Of a stretch of DNA of 23,802 nucleotides, positions 15,928-23,802 are shown in pieces. The DNA comes from an uncultured Myxococcales bacterium (GTDB taxonomy: Bacteria > Myxococcota > UBA4151), in the NCBI GenBank assembly GCA_964013405.1, contig CAXGWI010000045.1, positions 1 to 23,802 on the forward strand, given 5' to 3'. Below the pieces are notes generated by a model, which was not told the origin of the DNA, did no database searches, and saw only the letters and a list, made by a program, of their open reading frames with translations. The position numbers were made by a program, and so were the translations under genes. Every line of letters starts with the position of its first letter. Position 1 is the stretch's first letter.

Positions 15928-16965
15928 ATGGCTGATATTGCGATTGTCGGCTTTGCCCAAACGCCTACCCGGCCCCAGAGCCAAGGGGATGAGGTGGAGC
16001 TGGTGCAAGCGGTGGTAAGCCAGGCCCGAGATCAACTGGGGTTACGGCAGGATGACATCGGCTTTACCTGCTCAGGCAGCAGTGACTTTCTCTCGGGCCG
16101 ACCCTTTAGCTTTGTGAGCGCCGTCGATGGACTGGGTGCCTGGCCGCCAGCTCGAGAGAGCCATGTGGAAATGGACGGGGCCTGGGCTCTCTTTGAAGCC
16201 TGGGTCCGCCTCCAACATGGCGATCTCGACACAGCCCTCGTCTACGCCTTTGGTCAAAGTTCCTTAGGGGCCATCGAAAAGATTCTAACGGCCCAACTCG
16301 AACCCTATACCACCGCACCGCTCACTCCCGACGCCAACGCTCTTGCGGGCCTGCAGGCCCAGGCCCTCTTGCTGGCAAAGGACGCGACGGAAGCCGACTT
16401 TGCGAAGGTGGTGAGCCGCAACCGGCGAGCGGGTCTCGACAACCCCCATGCGCAGCTGCGCAGCCCGGCGCCGGCCCGCAACCAACCGGTCGCCAGCCCC
16501 CTCGATGCCAGTGATTGCCCCCCGGTGGGCGATGGCGCTGCCTGTGTCATCCTCGCCCGAGGCGATCGGGCAAGGGCCTTGTGCGAACGGCCGGCTTGGA
16601 TTCGAGGTATGGATCATCGCATCGAGACCCATCATCTGGGCCAGCGCAACCTCTGCCAATCCCCCAGCACCGCGGCGGCGGCCCAAAGTGCCGGCTTCGA
16701 CGGGCATGTCGATGTGGCCGAGCTTCATGCCCCTTATAGCCCCCAAGAGCTCATCCTTCGCCGGGCCCTGGGCGGGCTTGAAACGGCCAATGTGAATCCC
16801 AGCGGTGGGGCCTTATGTGCCAACCCGGTGATGGTCACAGGCCTCATCCGCCTCGGCGAGGCGGCCCAAGCCATCATCGACGGGCGAGCGACCACGGCCC
16901 TCGCCCACGCCACCAGCGGGCCCTGTTTGCAGCACAATCTGGTGGCTGTCTTGGAGGCCCGATGA
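15928..16965 (+). CDS. ltp4: SCP-x thiolase-like protein Ltp4 (aldolase subunit)
   Basis: IGFTCSGSSDFLSGRPFSFV..DGLGAWPP..ESHVEMDGAWA, NPSGG, ALAHATSGPCLQ. Confidence 0.88.
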   Translation: MADIAIVGFAQTPTRPQSQGDEVELVQAVVSQARDQLGLRQDDIGFTCSGSSDFLSGRPFSFVSAVDGLGAWPPARESHVEMDGAWALFEAWVRLQHGDLDTALVYAFGQSSLGAIEKILTAQLEPYTTAPLTPDANALAGLQAQALLLAKDATEADFAKVVSRNRRAGLDNPHAQLRSPAPARNQPVASPLDASDCPPVGDGAACVILARGDRARALCERPAWIRGMDHRIETHHLGQRNLCQSPSTAAAAQSAGFDGHVDVAELHAPYSPQELILRRALGGLETANVNPSGGALCANPVMVTGLIRLGEAAQAIIDGRATTALAHATSGPCLQHNLVAVLEAR

Positions 16966-18116
16966 AGACCCGCTGCGCAGTCATCGGCGTGGGCCAAACC
17001 CGCTATGCGGCCAAACGACAGGACGTCAGCCTCTATGGTTTGGTTCGAGAAGCGGCGTTGGCAGCGCTTGCTGATGCGGGCTTGGGCTTTGAAGACATCG
17101 ATGCAGTCATCATCGGCAAAGCACCGGATACTTTCGAAGGTGTCATGATGCCGGAGCTGATGCTGGCCGGTGCCCTAGGCGCCGTCGGCAAGCCGATGAT
17201 GCGCGTCCATACCGCCGGTAGTGTCGGGGGCTCCACGGCCGTGGTGGCGACCCATGCCATCGAAGCCGGTCGATATCGCCGCGTCTTGACCTTGGCTTTT
17301 CAAAAGCAGTCCGAGTCCAATGCGATGTGGGCGCTGTCGCCGGCCTATCCTTTTGTCCCGCCCACCGTCGCCGGGGCCGGCGGCTACTTTGCGCCTTTGA
17401 TCCGAGCCTATATTCGCCGCAGTGGGGCGCCGGAAGACATCGGCTGGCGGGTGACCGTCAAAGACCGGGAGAACGCCATGCGCAATCCCCTGGCTCACCT
17501 GCATCAGCCCGTCACCCTCGAACAAGTGAGCCAGGCCCCCATCTTGTGGGACCCGATCAATTATCTGGAGACCTGCCCCAGCAGTGACGGCGCCTGCGCC
17601 ATGGTGCTCTGTGCGGAAGATGTCGCCCAGGCCGCCCCCAGGCCGCCGGCCTGGGTCCATGGGACCTCAGTGCGTACCGAACCCATTATCTTCTCCGGAC
17701 GGGATCAGGTGAATCCGGAAGCCGGAAAATACTGCGCCGCTGACCTCTATGCCCAAGCAAAGATCACCGATCCTTTGACGGAGATCGACTGTGCCGAACT
17801 CTATGTTCCCTTCTCCTGGTTTGAACCCATGTGGCTTGAGAATCTCGGCTTCTGCGCAGAAGGCGATGGCTGGAAGATGGTCCGGGATGGCGTCACCGCC
17901 ATGGACGGCGATCTGCCCATCAATATGAGTGGCGGTGTGATGAGCACGAACCCCATCGGCGCCAGTGGGATGATTCGCTTCGCAGAAGCGGCCCAACAGG
18001 TCCGAGGACTCGCCGGCGATCACCAGATCGAAGGCGCCCGCATTGCGATGGGTCACGCCTATGGTGGTGGTAGCCAATTTTTCGCCGGCTGGATCGTCGG
18101 CTCAGAGCCCGCATGA
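16962..18116 (+). CDS. ltp3: SCP-x thiolase-like protein Ltp3 (aldolase subunit)
   Basis: Start reassigned to ATG 16962 (ATGA overlap, GGAGG). Motifs GKAPDTFEGVMMPEL, RVHTAGSVGGST (no thiolase Cys), ETCPSSDGACA, YVPFSWFEPMWLENLG, GHAYGGGSQFF. Confidence 0.9.
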   Translation: MKTRCAVIGVGQTRYAAKRQDVSLYGLVREAALAALADAGLGFEDIDAVIIGKAPDTFEGVMMPELMLAGALGAVGKPMMRVHTAGSVGGSTAVVATHAIEAGRYRRVLTLAFQKQSESNAMWALSPAYPFVPPTVAGAGGYFAPLIRAYIRRSGAPEDIGWRVTVKDRENAMRNPLAHLHQPVTLEQVSQAPILWDPINYLETCPSSDGACAMVLCAEDVAQAAPRPPAWVHGTSVRTEPIIFSGRDQVNPEAGKYCAADLYAQAKITDPLTEIDCAELYVPFSWFEPMWLENLGFCAEGDGWKMVRDGVTAMDGDLPINMSGGVMSTNPIGASGMIRFAEAAQQVRGLAGDHQIEGARIAMGHAYGGGSQFFAGWIVGSEPA

Positions 18117-18126
18117 GGAGCAAACG

Positions 18127-19716
18127 ATGAAGAGAACCTTTAACCTGGCTGATCTCTTTGAGATCGTCGTCGATACCGTCCCCGATCGGCTCGCCCTCGT
18201 TTCTGGCTCCGTCCGCCACACCTATCGAGATTTAGAGGCTCGAACGAACCGATTAGCCCACGCCCTCCAAGCCCGAGGTCTTAAAGCCGGCGACCATGTC
18301 GGCCTGCAACTCTACAACGGCCACCAATACTTCGAGAGCATGCTGGCCCTGTTGAAGATCCGTTGTGTGCCCATCAACATCAACTACCGCTACGTCACCG
18401 AGGAGTTGGCTTACCTCTATGACAATGCGGATTTGAAAGGCCTGTTCTTCGAGGCCGAATTGTCCGGGCAAGTGCACCCCGCATTATCGGCCGCGCCGGC
18501 CTGTCATCTGCTCATCCATGGTGGGGAGGGGGATCCCGGCGGCATCGACGCTTCGAGCTATGAATCAGTCCTTGCCGAAGGATCCCCAGAACGGGACTTT
18601 GGGCCCCGTAGCGGCCAGGACCTCTGGATCATCTACACCGGTGGTACGACCGGTATGCCCCGGGGCGTGATGTGGGAGCACGAGAACCTACTCTTCGCCG
18701 GCCTGCAGGGGGGTCGGCCCGGCGATGACCCGCTAGAGACACCGGAGCAACTCAGTGAGTTCATCCTCCAAGGGGCCCCCTTCACCATGCACACCGCCGC
18801 GCCGCTCATCCATGGTTCGGCCCAGTTCAGCAGCTTCATCGGCATGTTTACCGGCGGCAAATCTGTCCTCGTTCCCGGGGCCAGTTTCATCCCCGAAGAA
18901 ACCGCTCGTCTGCTGGGCGACGAAGGGGTCACCACGGTCAATCTCGTGGGCGACGCCATGGGCCGACCCCTGGCGGAAACATTTCTCACTGGTGACTACA
19001 AAGCGCCGGAACTTTTCGTGGTTAGCAGCGCGGGGGCCGTCCTTTCTGAGACCGTCAAACAGCGTCTTGGCGAGGCATTCCCTGACGCCATGATCATGAA
19101 CAACTTCGGCTCTTCGGAGGCCGGCCATGCCGGTCTGGCCATCACCGACGCGGGGGGGCAACCCAAGTTCTTCATGCTGCCAGGCCGGACCAAAATCCTT
19201 TCGGAGGACGGGCGGGAATGCGCCGTCGGCGAACAAGGAAAGATCGCCCACTGCGGACACCTTCCCTTGGGTTACTACAAAGACGAAGAAAAGACGGCAG
19301 CCACCTTCAAGCTCATCGATGGGATCCGCTACGTTCTGCCGGGCGATGCAGGCATCCTCGAGGAGGATGGTACGGTCACCCTCTTGGGTCGCGGTTCGGT
19401 CTGTATCAACACGGGCGGCGAAAAAGTCTTTCCCGAGGAGGTGGAGGAAGGCTTGAAAGCCCACGAAGCCATCTTTGATGCGGTGGTGGTGGGACTGGCT
19501 GATGATCGCTGGGGTCAGCGGGTCACCGCCCTCGTCCAACTCAGAGACTCCATGCACATCAGCGAAGAGGATGTCATCGCCCATGCTCGCAGCAAAGTGG
19601 CCGGCTACAAATGCCCCAAGCAGGTCTTCTTCGTCGAGCGAGTCCCCCGACATGCCACCGGAAAGCCCGATTACAAGACCGCCCAACGGCGGGCTGGAGA
19701 GCTCGCCGGTGAGTGA
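18127..19716 (+). CDS. fadD19: Steroid acyl-CoA synthetase, FadD19-like
   Basis: ATG 18127 after GAGGAG. Motifs FNLADLFE.VVD.VPDR, NINYRYV, YTGGTTGMPRGVMW, LGYYKD, LLGRGSVCINTGGEKVFPEEVE, GKPDY. Confidence 0.85.
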   Translation: MKRTFNLADLFEIVVDTVPDRLALVSGSVRHTYRDLEARTNRLAHALQARGLKAGDHVGLQLYNGHQYFESMLALLKIRCVPININYRYVTEELAYLYDNADLKGLFFEAELSGQVHPALSAAPACHLLIHGGEGDPGGIDASSYESVLAEGSPERDFGPRSGQDLWIIYTGGTTGMPRGVMWEHENLLFAGLQGGRPGDDPLETPEQLSEFILQGAPFTMHTAAPLIHGSAQFSSFIGMFTGGKSVLVPGASFIPEETARLLGDEGVTTVNLVGDAMGRPLAETFLTGDYKAPELFVVSSAGAVLSETVKQRLGEAFPDAMIMNNFGSSEAGHAGLAITDAGGQPKFFMLPGRTKILSEDGRECAVGEQGKIAHCGHLPLGYYKDEEKTAATFKLIDGIRYVLPGDAGILEEDGTVTLLGRGSVCINTGGEKVFPEEVEEGLKAHEAIFDAVVVGLADDRWGQRVTALVQLRDSMHISEEDVIAHARSKVAGYKCPKQVFFVERVPRHATGKPDYKTAQRRAGELAGE

Positions 19717-20428
19717 AGAACTCCCCGAAGACAGTGAGGCCCTTCGGGACTTCGTTCGCCAGTTCATCATGCGCAGTTGGGATGTGGTGGAGCCCGATGA
19801 TCCCGCCTGGGCTGCGAAGCGAGAATTAGCGGAACCCATGCGGCGATTGGCCCACCTGACCGTTTGCTCCGAAGCCCCGGCCGAGGTCCTGCAGGGCGCG
19901 GCGAGGGCCGTGCGTCAAGCCCTCCAAGAGATGGAGGCATATGATGCCCGTAGCTTTCTCCAGTGCTATCGAGATGGCGACTATCTGGCGAAGCCGCACC
20001 TTTTTTCCGACCGAGCCTGGATTACAGGCCCCTCGAACCCCCTCTCGCCCCTGATGAGGCTGGAGGCTGGAGCCGACGGAGCCCAAGGCACGGTCCGCCT
20101 CGAGAACGGATATGTGGGCGCACCGGGCTGGGTCCACGGCGGCATGGTGGCAGCCTTGATGGACCAGTTGATGGGCTTCGTGCTGGTGAGTCAGGGAGAC
20201 CCCTGCGTCACCCAGAGCCTCACCATGCACTATGACCGCCCCACCCCAAGCCACGAGGAGTTGTTCTTTCGGGCCTGGATCGAAAAGGACAAGGGCCGGC
20301 AGGTTCATATGCATGGCGAAGTGAAAGTGGGCGAAGAAGTGACCGCTCGCAGTGAAGCTGTCTTTGTCCGCCTCGAGGCCAAGCTGTTTGGGCGAATGCT
20401 GGCCGAGTTCGCGGCGAACAATCCTTAG
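19709..20428 (+). CDS. PaaI-family hotdog thioesterase with N-terminal extension
   Basis: GTG 19709 after GGAG, overlapping the fadD19 stop. Motif GAPGWVHGGMVAALMDQLMG. Confidence 0.85.
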   Translation: MSEELPEDSEALRDFVRQFIMRSWDVVEPDDPAWAAKRELAEPMRRLAHLTVCSEAPAEVLQGAARAVRQALQEMEAYDARSFLQCYRDGDYLAKPHLFSDRAWITGPSNPLSPLMRLEAGADGAQGTVRLENGYVGAPGWVHGGMVAALMDQLMGFVLVSQGDPCVTQSLTMHYDRPTPSHEELFFRAWIEKDKGRQVHMHGEVKVGEEVTARSEAVFVRLEAKLFGRMLAEFAANNP

Positions 20429-20436
20429 GAGCCACC

Positions 20437-21612
20437 ATGCACCTCGATCTCACCGAAGCTCAACGCAGCCTCCGAGACGATATCCGAGCTTATATGGACC
20501 GGCTGATGAGCCCCGAACTCAGGGCCGAACTCAATCATCAAGAAGGGGGCGGGCCCCTCTTCATGGCCGCGTGCCGACAGATGGGACGAGACGGCTGGCT
20601 GGGGATCGGCTGGCCAAAGGAACACGGCGGCCAAGGCCAGGGGCCCATCGAGCAATTTTTGTTTTTCGATGAAGTGCAACGGGTGGGCTTTCCGGTCCCG
20701 ATTCTGACCTTGAATACGGTGGGCCCAGCCCTGCTACAGTTTGGTACTGAGGCGCAAAAAACCTTCTACGCCCCAAAAATCCTCGCCGGCGAATGTCATT
20801 TCTCCATCGGCTATACAGAGCCGGGGGCCGGAACCGATTTAGCGAGCCTCAAGACAAAGGCTGTGCGCGCGGGCGATGAATATATCATCAACGGTCAGAA
20901 GATCTTTTGCAGTCTCGCTGACCACGCCGATTACCTCTGGCTGGCCTGCCGCACGGACCCGGAGGCCAAAAAGCATAAGGGCATTAGCATCCTCATTGTC
21001 CCCATGGATGCTGCTGGGCTGAGCATGACGCCCATCCATGGCCTGGGAGACAACAATATTCACGCGGTCTATTTGGATTCCGTTCGGGTGCCGACAAGTC
21101 ACCTCGTCGGCCCGGAAAACGGGGGCTGGGCCCTGATCACCAGCCAACTGAACCATGAGCGGGTGGCCCTCAATGCGGTGGGTCCCTTGGAGCGATTAAT
21201 GGAGCGTACCCAGGTCTGGGCTGGAGGGGCTGTAGACGGCGAGGGTCTCGCCCTGCTCCAACAGGCCTGGGTCCGCAGCAACCTGGCCGAGGTCGCGGCC
21301 CATCTGCAGGTGCTCCGCTTGATGAACTGGCGGCAAGGTTGGGCCATCGCCCAGGACCGATTGAGCATGGCGGAAGCCAGCGCCATTAAAGTCTTCGGCA
21401 GCGAGCTCTATGTGCGGGGTGCTCGCCTGCTCCAAGAAATCCTAGGGGCCGCCGGTGCACTGACCGTCCACAGTGACGGTGCGAGGCTGCAAGGGGACCT
21501 GGAACGGTTTTATCGTATGAGTCTGGTGCTCACCTTTGGCGGCGGGACCAACGAAGTGCAGCGGGATATCATCGCGGCTGCAGGCCTGCGCATGCCCAGG
21601 CAGTTGAGGTAA
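20437..21612 (+). CDS. fadE26: Steroid acyl-CoA dehydrogenase FadE26/ChsE4-like
   Basis: QMGRDGWLGIGWPKEHGGQG, HFSIGYTEPGAGTDLASL, QLNHERVAL, LTFGGGTNEVQRDII. Confidence 0.85.
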   Translation: MHLDLTEAQRSLRDDIRAYMDRLMSPELRAELNHQEGGGPLFMAACRQMGRDGWLGIGWPKEHGGQGQGPIEQFLFFDEVQRVGFPVPILTLNTVGPALLQFGTEAQKTFYAPKILAGECHFSIGYTEPGAGTDLASLKTKAVRAGDEYIINGQKIFCSLADHADYLWLACRTDPEAKKHKGISILIVPMDAAGLSMTPIHGLGDNNIHAVYLDSVRVPTSHLVGPENGGWALITSQLNHERVALNAVGPLERLMERTQVWAGGAVDGEGLALLQQAWVRSNLAEVAAHLQVLRLMNWRQGWAIAQDRLSMAEASAIKVFGSELYVRGARLLQEILGAAGALTVHSDGARLQGDLERFYRMSLVLTFGGGTNEVQRDIIAAAGLRMPRQLR

Positions 21613-21614
21613 CC

Positions 21615-22676
21615 ATGGATTTTGCACTGAGCGAGATGGAACAAAGCGTCCGTGACCTGGCGAAAGAAGTGGCCCGCAACGCCATCGATGATGAGCGCAG
21701 CAAGGAGCTCATGGCGAGCCAGGATTGGTTCGATCAAACCTGCTGGCAAGCACTTGCAGACACCGAGTTGCTGGGTCTGGGGCTCTCGGAGCGGGCCGGT
21801 GGCACTGAGCAAGGCCTGCTGAGTGTTTGTCTCCTCCTGCAGCAGTTGGGACGTCGGGCACCAACGGTCCCGGCGGTGGAGAGTCTATCGGCGGCACTCG
21901 TTCTCGACGCCTTCGGTCGTGACGAGGACCGGGCAGCCCTCAAGGCCTATGGCCAAGGCGAGTGGCTGATCAACTGCGCCCTGCACGAAGATCAAAGCGT
22001 GGATCTCGCCCAACCCCTTTTGCGCCTTGATGGTGGCCTGTTTGGTGAGAAGTCAGCAGCGCCTCAAACCGACCGGCTCTTGATCTCTGCCCGAGATGAA
22101 ACGGGCCCCTGCCTGGTGTTCGTCGACCCGGCTGCCGCGGTAGCCGGTGTTCAATGGGGCACGGATGGACAACCTCGCCAAAAACTCCAGTTTCAGGGCC
22201 AGCCAGCCCACCGCATCGGCGGCCCGGAAGTCCTTCGCTATCTCATCGACCGGCTTCACTTGCTCAGTTCCGCCTACATGCTGGGCTTGGCGGAGGGCGC
22301 CCTCTTTATGACGGCTCGCTACGTGAGCGAGCGGCAGCAATTCGGCGTGCCATTGGGCAGCTTTCAGGCCGTAGGCCAGCGGGCTGCCGACGGCTTCATC
22401 GACTGCCAGGCCATGGAACTAGCCTTGCTTGAGGCAGCCTGGCGCATGGAAACGGGCCGAGATCACGACCAAGCCTTGGCCGCTGCCCGCTATTTCGCCT
22501 GTGAAGGTGGGCATCGAGTTGTCGCTTCGGCCCAACACCTCCACGGTGGTATGGGCTTTGATCGAGACTACCCGCTGTACCGGCATTTTCTGCAGATGAA
22601 GTGGTATGAGTTCAGCCTAGGAGGGGCTCGCTCCAGCTTGGCGAGACTGGGCGATCTCCGATTGGAGGAAGCGTGA
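21615..22676 (+). CDS. fadE27: Steroid acyl-CoA dehydrogenase FadE27/ChsE5-like
   Basis: Follows fadE26 by 2 nt. Motifs YVSERQQFGVPLGSFQAVGQRAADGFID, QHLHGGMGFDRDYPLYRHFL, EFSLGG. Confidence 0.8.
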   Translation: MDFALSEMEQSVRDLAKEVARNAIDDERSKELMASQDWFDQTCWQALADTELLGLGLSERAGGTEQGLLSVCLLLQQLGRRAPTVPAVESLSAALVLDAFGRDEDRAALKAYGQGEWLINCALHEDQSVDLAQPLLRLDGGLFGEKSAAPQTDRLLISARDETGPCLVFVDPAAAVAGVQWGTDGQPRQKLQFQGQPAHRIGGPEVLRYLIDRLHLLSSAYMLGLAEGALFMTARYVSERQQFGVPLGSFQAVGQRAADGFIDCQAMELALLEAAWRMETGRDHDQALAAARYFACEGGHRVVASAQHLHGGMGFDRDYPLYRHFLQMKWYEFSLGGARSSLARLGDLRLEEA

Positions 22677-22867
22677 GAATTATTGTGGATGAAACCCTCT
22701 GTGAGGCCAACGGCATGTGCGAGATGGCATTGCCAGAGGTCTTTTTTATTACCGACGACGACGAGTTAGAGGTTCGACAAGATCAGGTCCCAAAGGCTCA
22801 AATGGAAGACCTTGAGCAAGCCATCCGCAGTTGCCCGCGGCGGGCCCTCAGCCTGAACGAAGACTGA
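22673..22867 (+). CDS. fdxD: [3Fe-4S] ferredoxin, FdxD-like; probable P450 electron donor
   Basis: CEANGMC...CP (CxxNxxC) motif, 64 aa, GTGA overlap with fadE27. Confidence 0.85.
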   Translation: MRIIVDETLCEANGMCEMALPEVFFITDDDELEVRQDQVPKAQMEDLEQAIRSCPRRALSLNED

Positions 22868-22931
22868 TCGTCAGCGCGCAGATTCCGAACTCAAGGCTGT
22901 CTTTTCCCCTTTCTCTCGCTATGGACCCCCC

Positions 22932-23802
22932 ATGCTAGCGACCCTCTTGAGCATGATCATCATGGCCCCACCGGCTGAGCCCAGCGAAAAGCCAGGCATG
23001 GCGGTGCTGGATCTGGCCTTAAAGGGCGGGATCGATAAGAACGTCGGTGACATGCTCAATGAACTGGTCCTTGCCCGCCTCAATGAGAGCGGCCGTTTTG
23101 GCACCGTCCTCGGTGGCTCCGACATCAAGGATTTGCTCACCCTAGAAGAACAAAAAACAGCCCTCGGTTGCGAGGATGACAGTTGTCTTGCTCAGCTTGG
23201 CGGGGCTTTGGGCGTCCCTTATCTGTTCACCTCAAGCCTGGGTACTTTTGGGGGCAAGTTCATCCTGACCCTGAAGCTCACCAGCGTCGACGATGCTGAA
23301 GTCCTCGCCCGGCGCAGCGAGATCATCCCGGACGAGGTTCAACTCCTTGAGAAGTTGCCCCTACTCATCCGCAACATGGTCGCTGAAGGTCTTGAGCCCC
23401 GGGCGGCTGAACAAGGCAAAGGCGGGGGCGAGGCTGCCAATAAGGCCTCCAGCCCCAAGGCCGCCACCCCAGCGCCCGTCGCCAAGAAAGCCACTGCCCA
23501 AAAATCGACACCCGAAAAAGCCAGCCCCAAGCAAGCCCCAGCCATGCCCTCGACCACAACTGGGCCCGCGGCCCGTCCACAGAAGGAGGCTGCGCCCTCT
23601 GCGAGCACCACACGCCCAATCTATCGACGACCGCTGGCCTGGACTGGTCTGCTGTTGCTGGCCGGTGGGGGCATCGTGGGGATCGGCGTGAATGGTAGCG
23701 AACTGGGCGATCTGCGAGACTATGGGGATGCCTATCGCCGCAATGAGCCCCTCTCCTCCAGTGATGGGCAGGGCTCGAATGGGCTCACGTGGCAAGAGTT
23801 CG
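22932..23802 (+). CDS. Exported protein with a TolB-N/CsgG-like N-domain, Pro/Ala/Lys linker and hydrophobic segment (runs off the window end)
   Basis: Not in the ORF track because it has no stop. The frame is open from ATG 22932 to the end: MLATLLSMIIMAPPAEPSEKPGMAVLDL...LEEQKTALGCEDDSCLAQLGGALGVPYLFTSSLG...PLAWTGLLLLAGGGIVGIGV. Confidence 0.8.
   Translation, partial: MLATLLSMIIMAPPAEPSEKPGMAVLDLALKGGIDKNVGDMLNELVLARLNESGRFGTVLGGSDIKDLLTLEEQKTALGCEDDSCLAQLGGALGVPYLFTSSLGTFGGKFILTLKLTSVDDAEVLARRSEIIPDEVQLLEKLPLLIRNMVAEGLEPRAAEQGKGGGEAANKASSPKAATPAPVAKKATAQKSTPEKASPKQAPAMPSTTTGPAARPQKEAAPSASTTRPIYRRPLAWTGLLLLAGGGIVGIGVNGSELGDLRDYGDAYRRNEPLSSSDGQGSNGLTWQEF

Noticed and set aside
18733..19839. 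368-aa minus-strand ORF
   Set aside because: Antisense shadow of fadD19 with no recognisable motifs, as expected in GC-rich DNA.
23400..23620. Low-complexity repetitive-looking DNA
   Set aside because: It encodes a Pro/Ala/Lys linker and is not a tandem repeat or CRISPR array. No CRISPR, tRNA, rRNA or transposase was recognised anywhere in the window.

Overview
GC-rich bacterial window dominated by a sterol side-chain catabolism locus of the actinobacterial type. It encodes a KstR-like TetR repressor, a CYP125/124-clan P450, a 3Fe-4S ferredoxin, FadD19, FadE26/FadE27, EchA19, Ltp3/Ltp4 with a double OB-fold partner, SCP2, ALDH, SDR, a second acyl-CoA dehydrogenase pair, a flavin reductase, a hotdog thioesterase, a nitronate-monooxygenase-family flavoprotein and two KshA/Neverland-like Rieske oxygenases. 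Four exact KstR operators (TnnAACnnGTTnnA) sit in front of all six predicted sterol transcription units. Neighbouring features suggest a diderm, probably Myxococcota-like host rather than an actinobacterium: a putative beta-barrel exported protein, a DAG-repeat lipoprotein GPx, a 'CxxxxCLAQLGGALG' exported protein, and a sigma-54/IHF-type promoter. The host assignment is inference. Three likely genes are missing from the ORF track: a MAPEG fragment, the terminal exported protein, and a 43-aa hydrophobic peptide with its own structured leader. Family assignments come from motif recognition only, and no searches were run.
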